A stretch of DNA of 64,000 nucleotides from contig CAVRCR010000009.1 of assembly GCA_963719615.1 (NCBI GenBank), forward strand, positions 10,963 to 74,962, written 5' to 3'. The number at the start of each line of letters is the position of its first letter. The stretch's first letter is position 1. Source of the DNA: an uncultured Acidobacteriaceae bacterium (lineage in GTDB: Bacteria; Acidobacteriota; Terriglobia; Terriglobales; Acidobacteriaceae). The translations under genes were made by a program, and so were the position numbers. Shown here piece after piece: positions 45,050 through 54,404 of this stretch. Under the pieces are notes generated by a model. That model searched no databases. It had not been told where the DNA came from and saw only the letters and a list, made by a program, of their open reading frames with translations.

Positions 45050-46560
45050 CGGCTATAGATGGAATGAGACGGCTGGCCTCGCGGAACAGCTAAGCTGTCC
45101 GCACGCACTCAAAGGTGCAAAGGAGACCAGCCAATGAAGAAGCATAGCAAAGTGCAGAAGGTAACGAACAAGCCGAGTCGGACCGTGGGAATCGATCTCG
45201 GAGACCGTTGCAGCAGTTATTGCATTCTCAATCACGAGGGAGAAGTGGTGGAGACTGGGCGCATCAAGATGCAGGACAGTGCCTTCCAGCAGCATTTCGA
45301 AGGTGAGGAGCGGATGCGGATAGCGATGGAATGCGGTACGCACTCGCCGTGGATCAGCCGCTTGCTGAAGGAACAGGGACATGAAGTGCTGGTGGGCAAT
45401 GCGCGCAAGTTGAAATCGATCACAGGGAGCGAATCGAAGAATGACGACCGGGATGCCGAGCAGTTGGCGCGACTGGCGCATTTCGATCCGCGGCTGCTGT
45501 TCGCGGTACGGCATCGCAGCGCCGAGCGACAGCAAGATCTGACTTTGATTCAGGCGCGAGCCACGCTGGTGCGGGCGCGGACGATGATCATCAACACGGC
45601 ACGGGGCTTGGTCAAGAGCAGCGGAGGGCGGCTGCCGACCTGCAGCAGCGAGAGTTTCGCCACTCAGGTCCAGCCGAGGTTGCCAGCGGAACTGGCGGGG
45701 ATGATCGGTCCGTTGCTGGAACAGGTGGCTAGTTTGAACGCGCAGATTGCTCGCATGGATCAGCAGGTGGAAGCGTTGGCGAAGAAGTATCCTGAGATTC
45801 GGATCCTGCGGAGCGCGCCCGGAGTGGGGCCGCTGGTGGCGGCGACCTATGGGTTGACTCTGGACGGAGCGCAAGCCGTGGCCCACAGTCGCTCGGCAGG
45901 AGCCTTTCTGGGATTGAGGCCGCGGCAGAAGCAATCGGGCGAATACGATCCTCAATGCCGCATTACCAAGACGGGGAACACCTATTTGCGGTGTTTACTG
46001 ATGCAGTCGGCGCATTACCTGCTGGGGCGCTTCGGACCGGATTCGGCGCTGCGTCGTTGGGGATTAAAACTGGCAGCCAGTGGCGGCAAACGTGGGAAAA
46101 AGCGCGCTCTGGTGGCCGTGGCTCGTAAGCTGGCAGTGATCCTGCATTGCATGTGGCGCACGAACCAGGTCTATCAAGCCTTTCCGCAGTCGGTGGCACA
46201 AGGCTCAGCCGTTCCGGTTTAAAGTACGCTAGTCGTCAGCAGAAAGATTTTGAAACCAGGAGGAGAGCGGTTTTGCAAGTTGCGTTTGTCAATCTCGTGT
46301 TGCGGTGACTGCGCTCAGCGGCTGGGTCCTCAGAGACCGCGCTTTAGACAGCAGCGCCCATTTCATCGGTATCGGACACCAACATGCACCAGTCAACAGG
46401 CTCACCAAGAGTGCGAATAGAAGCCCGAGATGAATCGATCGAGAAAAAGACAAAAGCAACGGCAACACCCAAAACCCTCTGACAAGAGGAAAAACAACTT
46501 CAAAACCAATAGCCAAACCAAATTTATCTTGACACCATCAGCCGTCTCATAGAAGCCGCT
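45050..46560 (+). mobile_element. IS110-family insertion sequence, IS1111-like layout (ends approximate)
   Basis: Single DEDD transposase ORF. Perfect 12-bp inverted repeat ATGAGACGGCTG (45064-45075) / CAGCCGTCTCAT (46539-46550), a short 5' leader (about 58 nt between the left repeat and the ATG) and a 328-nt non-coding 3' region. It is more AT-rich than the flanks. Confidence 0.8.
45134..46222 (+). CDS. IS110-family transposase (DEDD_Tnp_IS110 + Transposase_20 domains)
   Basis: AAGGAG SD. VGIDLGD, IAMECGTHS, KNDDRDAEQLA (DEDD residues). C-terminal LRSAPGVGPLVAATY...FLGLRPRQKQSGEYD..RITKTGNTYLR.LL.QSA. Confidence 0.92.
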   Translation: MKKHSKVQKVTNKPSRTVGIDLGDRCSSYCILNHEGEVVETGRIKMQDSAFQQHFEGEERMRIAMECGTHSPWISRLLKEQGHEVLVGNARKLKSITGSESKNDDRDAEQLARLAHFDPRLLFAVRHRSAERQQDLTLIQARATLVRARTMIINTARGLVKSSGGRLPTCSSESFATQVQPRLPAELAGMIGPLLEQVASLNAQIARMDQQVEALAKKYPEIRILRSAPGVGPLVAATYGLTLDGAQAVAHSRSAGAFLGLRPRQKQSGEYDPQCRITKTGNTYLRCLLMQSAHYLLGRFGPDSALRRWGLKLAASGGKRGKKRALVAVARKLAVILHCMWRTNQVYQAFPQSVAQGSAVPV

Positions 46561-46630
46561 GAGGCTCGCCTTGCATGCATCTGAAGCGGACCTCAGGGGC
46601 TCTCGCCCGCATTTTTGGCGGCCTAACGGC

Positions 46631-46651
46631 ACGGCTGTAAGCCGTGCCCTT
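46631..46651. repeat. GGCACG-type REP hairpin flanking the IS (right)
   Basis: GGCACGGCT-GTA-AGCCGTGCC followed by CTTCCAAATCC. Confidence 0.65.
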
Positions 46652-46682
46652 CCAAATCCGTCTCGCCTAAAACTCAGCGGCC

Positions 46683-47180
46683 CTATCTTCGCGAACGCGC
46701 CCGCGTCTTTTTCAGAAGGGCAATTTGCCCGGCGTGATAAAGCTCATGCTGCGCGATTCCGTGGAGCATGTGATAGAAATCGTACCGCTTTCCGGGAACG
46801 ATCTCATGGAGGCGCTTGTCAGAAAGACTAGCTACCGTACTCACCAAAGAATCGTGGGTCTGTTTTGCCAGCGCCACCGCTTTGCGCCATTCGGCCTCCG
46901 TCGGCGTGGGGACTGGTGGAAAGTTCTTGTCAGCTTTGAGTTGGCACTTGTGGCCGTCGAGTCGGCGTGATCCTGCGCCGTCCCAGGCCGCGATGTGCAA
47001 CACAAGCTCCCAAATGCTGTGAACATTGGGCACGGGATGAGCAGCCGCGGTTGCCGCATCGACATCTTCAAGAAGTTCGAGCAGGGCAGGCCCGTGCCAC
47101 GCGCTGCCCTCGAAGGCGCGGCCCAGTTGGTCGGCAATGCGAGCCGCTTCGGACGTTGATCGCGACTTTTTTGCAAGCAT
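46683..47180 (-). CDS. DinB-family (DinB_2) protein
   Basis: SIWELVLHIAAWD ... MLHGIAQHELYHAGQIALL. Its start lies 5 nt downstream of the lpxI stop. Confidence 0.8.
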   Translation of the reverse strand: MLAKKSRSTSEAARIADQLGRAFEGSAWHGPALLELLEDVDAATAAAHPVPNVHSIWELVLHIAAWDGAGSRRLDGHKCQLKADKNFPPVPTPTEAEWRKAVALAKQTHDSLVSTVASLSDKRLHEIVPGKRYDFYHMLHGIAQHELYHAGQIALLKKTRARSRR

Positions 47181-47185
47181 GATTT

Positions 47186-48037
<852 letters not shown>

Positions 48038-48043
48038 TGATCG

Positions 48044-48822
48044 CTACTTGATTATTCCGCGCTCCGAGGCCTCAATGAACCGGATCAGCATATCCACATC
48101 CTCCCCGTGATCCGCTTCCGACCTTCAGCTTTTCCAGCGCCTGCGACGTATTCATCTTCGACGCCAGCAAAATCTTGTACGCATGATGAATCTTCGCGAT
48201 CCGCTCCTTCGAGAATCCGCGGCGTTCCAGACCCACTTTATTCATGCCGTAGGCGTGCGTGTCACGCGCTGCTGAGGTCATGGAAAACGGAAGCACATCC
48301 TGCGTAATCGTAGTGCCGCCGCCGACGTAGGAATGCGCGCCGATGCGCACGAACTGATGCACTGGGCAGAGCGCTCCCACCACCGCCCATTCTTCGACCG
48401 TCACGTGACCGCCCAGCGTCGCGCCGTTCACCAGCATGGCATGATCCTCGATCACGCAATCGTGCCCGATATGCGTGTAGGCCATGATCAGCAAGTGGCT
48501 GCCGACTTTGGTGAGTCCGCCGCCCTTGACCGTTCCGCGATTGATGGTGACGCACTCACGAATCTCGTTGTGGTCGCCGATTTCCAGCCGCGTCGGCTTC
48601 GCCCTTATAGGTGACATCCTGGGGCGCCATGCCAATCGCGCAGAAAGGAAAGAAAGCGTTGTCAGCGCCGATTTTCGTGGGACCTTCGATCGCGACGTGC
48701 GAAATCAGCCGGCAGCCCTCGCCCAACTCGACGTCCGGACCGACCACACAATATGGGCCGACTTTGCACGAGTCCGGAACCTTCGCTCGCGGATCAATGA
48801 TGGCCGTGGGATGAACGTTCAT
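48044..48822 (-). pseudogene. lpxA: acyl-ACP--UDP-GlcNAc O-acyltransferase, reading frame broken twice in this sequence
   Basis: Three frame segments. (1) MNVHPTAIIDPRAKV...GMAPQDVTYKGE (from 48822). (2) PTRLEIGDHNEIRECVTINRGT...HQFVRIGAHSYVGG...GLERRGFSKERI...ALEKLK. (3) SEADHGEDVDMLIRFIEASERGIIK* ending at 48044. Single-nt indels near 48597 and near 48122. Confidence 0.85.
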
Positions 48823-48865
48823 CGGAGATGGAATCCCGGATTCGCGAGCGCAACCGAAACCCTGC

Positions 48866-49353
48866 TCATCCCGCACCGTTACCCTCGTCGCTGCTTGATC
48901 CCCGCCCGCGAGCACTGTCGATGAATTGGCAGGATACCGCCGCTTCAGCCACGCGTTTTTCGCCCACGTAGGCATAGCCCTGCATCTTTGCTGCGATCAT
49001 GCCTGGCACCGCACGCCAGCCCTTTACTTCCACCTCCAGGCGCAACTGATCGCCCGGGCTCACCGGCCGCCGGAAGCGGGCGCGCTCAATCCCGGTAAAG
49101 ACCATGACTTGTTGCTGCGGTCTTCGACCTCGGTCAGCAGCAGTGCGCCGCCAGCCTGCGCGATCGCTTCGACAATCAGCACGCCCGGCATGATCGGCAG
49201 GCCGGGAAAATGTCCGGCAAAGAAAGGTTCGTTGATGGTGACATTCTTGACGGCGACGATGCGCTCTTTGCGCTTCAGCTCGAGCACGCGATCAATCAGC
49301 AGAAAGGGATACCGGTGCGGCAGGATTTTCAGAATGTCGTGGATGTCGAGCAC
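48866..49353 (-). pseudogene. fabZ: 3-hydroxyacyl-ACP dehydratase, reading frame broken once in this sequence
   Basis: GTG 49353 (GGGGAGAA upstream). [22 protein letters not shown]...[39 protein letters not shown], then a frame change near 49106-49110 into [26 protein letters not shown]... Confidence 0.85.
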
Positions 49354-49499
49354 GGTTTTCTCCCCGGGAGGCGAAGGCTCCGTCACGGCAGTGGGTGCTC
49401 TCACTCATGATTCGTCTTAAATGGCTTGAAGATTATACTGTACGGCTTGCGTCCCGAGGCTGGCTAGCGACGCCTCTGGGCCACGGAGACAGGGGACAA

Positions 49500-50685
49500 A
49501 TGCCAGCGAAAAAGAAAGCGTGGCCAACGACGGACCAACCCGACGACAAATGGCAGGAGCGGCTTCGCTAACTTGAGGCCCGGCAGGAAGCGTGTGTGCA
49601 AACGATTCGCGAACTGGTCGAGATCGAATCTCCCAGCGACAACAAGGCGGCGGCGGACCGCATCGGCGAAGTACTGGCCCGGAAGTTCACCGCCCTCGGC
49701 GGACGTGCGCGCCTCCATACGCCACCGACTTCGGCGACAACCTGCAGGTCGATTTCGCTGGCCGCAGTGACATGAAGCCCGTTCTGTTGCTGGGCCACTT
49801 CGACACGGTCTACCCGCTGGGTACTCTTGCCACCATGCCCTGTCGCGTCGCCGACGGGCGCATGAGCGGCCCCGGCGTGCTCGATATGAAGTCGGGCATC
49901 GCGCTGATGCTGTCTGCCATCGAGGCGCTGCAAGCCTGGCATGGAGAACTGCCGCGGCCGGTCACAGTCTTCCTGGTCTCGGATGAAGAAGTCGGCAGCT
50001 ATTCGTCTCGCCGCATTACCGAGACCCTCGCTACCGAATCCGCTGCCGTGCTGGTGCTCGAACCGGCCGGCCCGCGCGGAGCTGTGAAGACTGCCCGCAA
50101 AGGAGTGGGCGAGTACACGCTGCAGGTCCAGGGCGTGGCGGCGCATGCAGGACTCGATCCCGGGAAGGGACACAGCGCGATCGTCGAACTCGCCAGGCAA
50201 ATCCCCGTGCTTTGGAAGCTCAATGACTTGCCGGCGAGGAGTCTCGGTGAACCCCGGCGTGATCCACGGTGGCACTCGTACTAACGTGATCGCGGCCGAG
50301 GCTACGGTAGAGATCGACGTACGCATCAAAATGGCGAAGCAAGCCTCCGCCCTCGATCGCAAGATCCGCGCTCTGAAACCCTTTGACCGACACTGCAAGC
50401 TTCGCATTGAGGGCGGCATCAACCGCATGCCCATGGAGCGCAACGCCGGGGTGGCCGCGCTCTACAAGAAAGCTAAGACGATCGCGAGCCAGATGGACTG
50501 GAAGCTCGAAGAAGCAGCAGTCGGCGGAGGCTCCGATGGAAACTTCACCGCCGGCTATAGGCATCCCCACCCTCGACGGCATGGGCGGTGTGGGTACCGG
50601 TGCGCACGCGCTCCACGAACACATCGTGATCTCAGAGTTGCCCCGTCGCGCCCTGCTTCTGGCGGGAATGATCGAGAGTGTTTGA
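49500..50685 (+). pseudogene. M20-family peptidase (carboxypeptidase G2-like), at least 3 frameshifts plus a possible in-frame TAA
   Basis: Homologous segments lie in three frames: LEARQEACVQTIRELVEIESPSDNK..LGGRARLH; TDFGDNLQVDFAGRSDMKPVLLLGHFDTVYP..GPGVLDMKSGIA..VFLVSDEEVGS..AHAGLDPGKGHSAIVELARQI; GVSVNPGVIHGGTRTNVIAAEA...[10 protein letters not shown]; [24 protein letters not shown]. Breaks near 49705-49725, 50228-50240 and 50550-50555. TAA at 49569-49571 lies in frame between MPAKKK...WQERLR and LEARQE. Confidence 0.8.
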
Positions 50686-50688
50686 GCT

Positions 50689-51369
50689 CTACGGGTTGGC
50701 AGTGAAGACCAGGAAGTAATCCATCTTGTCGCCCTTCACGAAGTCGTATTGCTCCAGCAGGCTGTAACCTGCTTCCTTCGCCTCCTTGACCACGACGTCA
50801 CGGCTGACTCCGTGGTCTTCCCCGTTTCCGTTGCGATCAATGACCCCAATTTTCGCGCCCGGGCGCAACGCCGCTCGCAGGTTTTGCAACAACACGACGG
50901 GTTGGGCAACCTCGTGGTAGGTCTTCAACAGCAGCACGGCATCGACGGAATGCCCAGGCAAAAGCGGGTCGTCGGGCTTGCTCAGAATAGCTTTCACGTT
51001 CTGCAACTGCTCTTTCTGCGCCCGTTCGCTCATGTAGCGAATGGCCTCGGGATTGATGTCTACGGCATACACGACGCCTGCTGCACCCACACGCTTTGCC
51101 GCGCGAACGGTGAACCATCCCGAGCCGGCACCAATGTCGGCGACAGCCTTCCCTTGAGTAATGCTGAGAATCTCCATCACGCGGTTGATCTGCAGCCGAT
51201 CCTCGCGGCCCGGAGCTTCGAAAATGGAGAGATCGCCAGTGTATGGTTCGCTGGTCTTTCGCTGCCCTTCTGAGCTGGCCGGCGCTTGTGCCTCACGTCG
51301 CGCGTAAATCGGAGCGATGTTAGAGGCAAGAAACAGCAGCGTGATCAGGAACGAGCAAGTTTTTCGCAT
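50689..51369 (-). CDS. class I SAM-dependent methyltransferase with signal peptide
   Basis: Start at MRKTCSFLITLLFLASN. Motif I VADIGAGSGWFT, VYAVDI and a post-I acidic residue. Confidence 0.8.
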   Translation of the reverse strand: MRKTCSFLITLLFLASNIAPIYARREAQAPASSEGQRKTSEPYTGDLSIFEAPGREDRLQINRVMEILSITQGKAVADIGAGSGWFTVRAAKRVGAAGVVYAVDINPEAIRYMSERAQKEQLQNVKAILSKPDDPLLPGHSVDAVLLLKTYHEVAQPVVLLQNLRAALRPGAKIGVIDRNGNGEDHGVSRDVVVKEAKEAGYSLLEQYDFVKGDKMDYFLVFTANP

Positions 51370-51572
51370 AGCAACAGCCTCGTAGAACCATGGCACATCA
51401 ACATAGACTCCGTCGAGTCTCCACCGTGAGCAGGGGCAGCAGGAGAGACGAAAACCGCCCGCCCCAACTGCGGCTGTTTTGACTCGCTGACGGGGGTAGC
51501 CTAGAATTTTACTAGGCTATTCTGACGGCACGACTTATCTTGAAAGTCGTCGAACCGGCCTTTGGAGGCTTT

Positions 51573-51761
51573 ATGGGCGAGGGACTATTTCAGCCGTTCC
51601 ACATTCTGTTGATCATTGCCATCGCCCTGCTTCTGTTTGGCCCGGCTAAGTTCGCCTCGCTGGGCAAGGGTTTAGGCGAGGGCATACGCAACTTCAAGTC
51701 GGCGATTAAAGAAGGCAGCGAAGAGAAGAAAGAGGAAAAGACGGATGAGAAGAAATCCTAG
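51573..51761 (+). CDS. tatA: twin-arginine translocase TatA/E-family subunit
   Basis: ATG after GGAGG. FHILLIIAIALLLFGPAKFASLGKGLGEGIRNFK followed by an acidic/lysine tail. Confidence 0.85.
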   Translation: MGEGLFQPFHILLIIAIALLLFGPAKFASLGKGLGEGIRNFKSAIKEGSEEKKEEKTDEKKS

Positions 51762-51807
51762 CAGCCCTCTTCCTTTGCCCGTTCCGGGGCACAAAGCCTG
51801 GATCTGT

Positions 51808-52371
51808 TTATAGTTTCTTCTCCCGCAACATACGGTACACGAGCGCCACCGGCAGCCCAACGACGTTACTGTAGTCGCCTTCGATGCGCGGAATCCAACG
51901 AGAAGCCATTCCCTGGATCGCGTATGCTCCCGCCTTGTCCATCGGTTCGCCCGTTGCGACGTAGGCGCGAATCTCGCCGTCGGAGACTTCGTTCATCGTC
52001 ACCAGCGTGGTCTCCGAGGCGGTTCTGATCTGGCCCGCAGCAGCGGGTTCGACGAAGCACACGCCCGTAATCACTTGGTGCACGCGCCCGGAGACCAGAC
52101 GCAACATCCGAACTGCATCGTCCGCGTCGATGGGCTTGCCGAGGATAGTCTCATCTACTGCGACGATCGTGTCCGCCCCCAGGATCAAGTCCTCCGGACG
52201 CGTCCGCGACACAGCCAGCGCCTTCTCGCGAGCCAACCGTTCGGCGCACTCGCGCGCCGACTCACCCGCCAGCGGCGTCTCATCCACGTCCGCCGGCTGA
52301 ACCGTGAACCAAATGCCAGCGGCGCGGAGCAGTTCCTGACGTCGTGGCGAAGCGGAAGCGAGGACCAGCAT
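51808..52371 (-). CDS. maf: Maf-family nucleoside triphosphate pyrophosphatase
   Basis: [29 protein letters not shown]. Confidence 0.88.
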   Translation of the reverse strand: MLVLASASPRRQELLRAAGIWFTVQPADVDETPLAGESARECAERLAREKALAVSRTRPEDLILGADTIVAVDETILGKPIDADDAVRMLRLVSGRVHQVITGVCFVEPAAAGQIRTASETTLVTMNEVSDGEIRAYVATGEPMDKAGAYAIQGMASRWIPRIEGDYSNVVGLPVALVYRMLREKKL

Positions 52372-52404
52372 GCGAGGTCTGATTCTATCGGAAGTTCCGC
52401 AGCA

Positions 52405-52773
52405 TCATGAACGGATCAGCTCAATCCGGTTTCCAAACGGATCAGAGACATGGCACCGACAGACTCCCGGGATACTGTCGTCGGTTCTTACTTCCACTCC
52501 CGCCGCGCGCAGACGCGCTACCAGTCCAGCGTAATCGCTGCAACGCAAGGCAGGGTGCGCCTTCCGGGCAGCGCGAAAGTCGGGATCGACGCCAAGGTGG
52601 ATCTGTACACCACCGCTCGCAAACCAGCATCCGCCGCGCTTTGCCAATTCCGGCGGTTTTGGCACTTCAGTCATGCCGAGGATAGAGCAGTAAAACGAGC
52701 GCGCGGTTTCTTCTCCTCCAGCCGGTATGGCGAGCTGTACGTGATCGATGCTAATGAACGGGCCGGAGGTCAC
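52405..52773 (-). CDS. VOC/glyoxalase-family protein
   Basis: Start trimmed to GTG 52773 (GGAAAGGA upstream). IDHVQLAIP...FYCSILGM..., HPALRC..., DPFGNRIELI. Confidence 0.7.
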   Translation of the reverse strand: MTSGPFISIDHVQLAIPAGGEETARSFYCSILGMTEVPKPPELAKRGGCWFASGGVQIHLGVDPDFRAARKAHPALRCSDYAGLVARLRAAGVEVRTDDSIPGVCRCHVSDPFGNRIELIRS

Positions 52774-52819
52774 GACAGAATCCTTTCCTTTTCCGCTGGC
52801 CGGTCGCAACTCGGCGCTG

Positions 52820-54265
52820 TTACCGGCTTCCCACCATCCCGCGCACTGACTCAATCAGCTTCGCCGAGTCGTAGCCTATCCCATCCTTAAACACTGTCTC
52901 CACGTTCTCGATATCCTCGATCTTCTTCGACGGATCGCCCTTGATCACGACCAGATCTGCCTGCTTGCCCGCTGCGATTGTGCCGATGCGGTCGAGTTCT
53001 CCCAGGTATTGCGCGGCGTTTGCGGTTGCGATGTGGATTGCTTCCAGCGGTGTGAATCCGGCTTCGACCAGCAGTTCGACTTCCCGCTGATCACCGAAGC
53101 CCGCAATCACGCCGCCCATGCCTGTGGGATCAAGACCTGCGAGCAGCAAGCCGCCGGCTTTCGAGAAGGCGTATTCGAATTCCATTTCTTTCTTAAACGC
53201 TGCCGGTAGAGGCGACACCTCGCTCCCGTATCGCTCGCGCAGAAGGCCGTCGTCACTATAGCGAACTCGGTTCCAAAGCAAGGCGCTGCGCGCATCGGGC
53301 GACAAAGAGTCAAGGACTCGCTTCTGGAGGGTTGGCCGCCCGGGAAAACTGCCCATCTCAAACACCGGAAGCGTTGAAGTGACTGCGACATGATGCTGCA
53401 CCAGGTACAGAATCGTGTCGTGAAGCGGCCCGGAATTCACGTCGAGCTTGGACATCACATTGGGATCTTCGGGCTTGTCCGGGCACTCGTCCGGCCTCTT
53501 TCCAGATAAAAACTCCGTATCCACAAATAAGCCGTGCTCTAGGTCGTCGATGCCGAGGTCGGCAGCCTCGCGGAAGTTGACGGCGCACAAATGCCCGGTA
53601 ACCTTGGCCCCTCGCTTGTGGGCCGCTGAAATCGCCGCACCCAACTCCGCGCGCGTGATGAACATGTATGCCTTGAAATTGTCCACCCCTTGATCGAGCC
53701 AGAAGTTCACCGTGCGAATCGCGTCCTCCGGTCCGGTGAGTTGGTGCAGTTGAATCGCCCACGAGCCTTTGCCTTCCAGATACGGGCCAGTGACGTGCAT
53801 CCTGGGTCCCGGAGTTTTTCCTGCGTCGATGGACTTCTTGAGTTCGAGATCTGTGTAGGGCTCGAGCGCCCCGGTCGTACGGATCGTAGTCACACCGCCG
53901 GCCAGGTAAAGTCGCGGAAAGCTAAAAGCCATTTCCCCGAAAACCCCATTCCCCATTGGATAGAACAAGTGGTCGTGCATGCCGACCAGGCCCGGGATTA
54001 CGCTATAGCCATGCAAATCGAGCACCTGCGCGTCCTTCGGAACATTCGTCGAAGCATCGCCTACCGCTTCAATCTTCCCCTTGTTGAGAATAACCGTCTG
54101 ATCCTCGCGGGCTGCGGCGCCCGAGCCATCGATCACGCGCACATGCGTGATCGCAACTACCGGTGCGTCAACCTTGACGAACGGCTTCAACTGCGGCGAC
54201 ACCGCCTGCGCGCCGCTGCAGGGCGCAACTAACGCCAGGAGTCCGACTGCTAGAAGCTTCCGCAT
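52820..54265 (-). CDS. secreted amidohydrolase-family protein
   Basis: ATG 54265 after GGAGGA. Signal peptide MRKLLAVGLLALVAPCSGAQA. VIPGLVGMHDHLFYP (HxH), TGHL, DLEHG, GKQADLVVI. Confidence 0.82.
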   Translation of the reverse strand: MRKLLAVGLLALVAPCSGAQAVSPQLKPFVKVDAPVVAITHVRVIDGSGAAAREDQTVILNKGKIEAVGDASTNVPKDAQVLDLHGYSVIPGLVGMHDHLFYPMGNGVFGEMAFSFPRLYLAGGVTTIRTTGALEPYTDLELKKSIDAGKTPGPRMHVTGPYLEGKGSWAIQLHQLTGPEDAIRTVNFWLDQGVDNFKAYMFITRAELGAAISAAHKRGAKVTGHLCAVNFREAADLGIDDLEHGLFVDTEFLSGKRPDECPDKPEDPNVMSKLDVNSGPLHDTILYLVQHHVAVTSTLPVFEMGSFPGRPTLQKRVLDSLSPDARSALLWNRVRYSDDGLLRERYGSEVSPLPAAFKKEMEFEYAFSKAGGLLLAGLDPTGMGGVIAGFGDQREVELLVEAGFTPLEAIHIATANAAQYLGELDRIGTIAAGKQADLVVIKGDPSKKIEDIENVETVFKDGIGYDSAKLIESVRGMVGSR

Positions 54266-54404
54266 GGCCTTTCCTCCGTAGACTTTCCGCAGGATTGTAG
54301 CTGAGGGCGCGATGATCGCGCTTGTTGCCGAGCCCACTGTGAGACCTGTCTCGCAGTTCTACCGTCTACACTGCCTGTTAGAATCAAATGTTAGCTACTC
54401 ACCC

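Noticed and set aside
46289-46632. Two minus-strand ORFs (75 and 76 aa) in the IS 3' region, considered as possible small membrane proteins
   Set aside because: They overlap each other in different frames and lack an SD. Their hydrophobic look comes from translating an A-rich strand's complement. The region is better explained as non-coding IS sequence.
48044-49353. Programmed ribosomal frameshifting as an explanation for the lpxA and fabZ breaks
   Set aside because: There are no slippery heptamers or downstream pseudoknot candidates. Multiple unrelated genes on both strands are affected within 2.6 kb, and neither gene family is known to use recoding.
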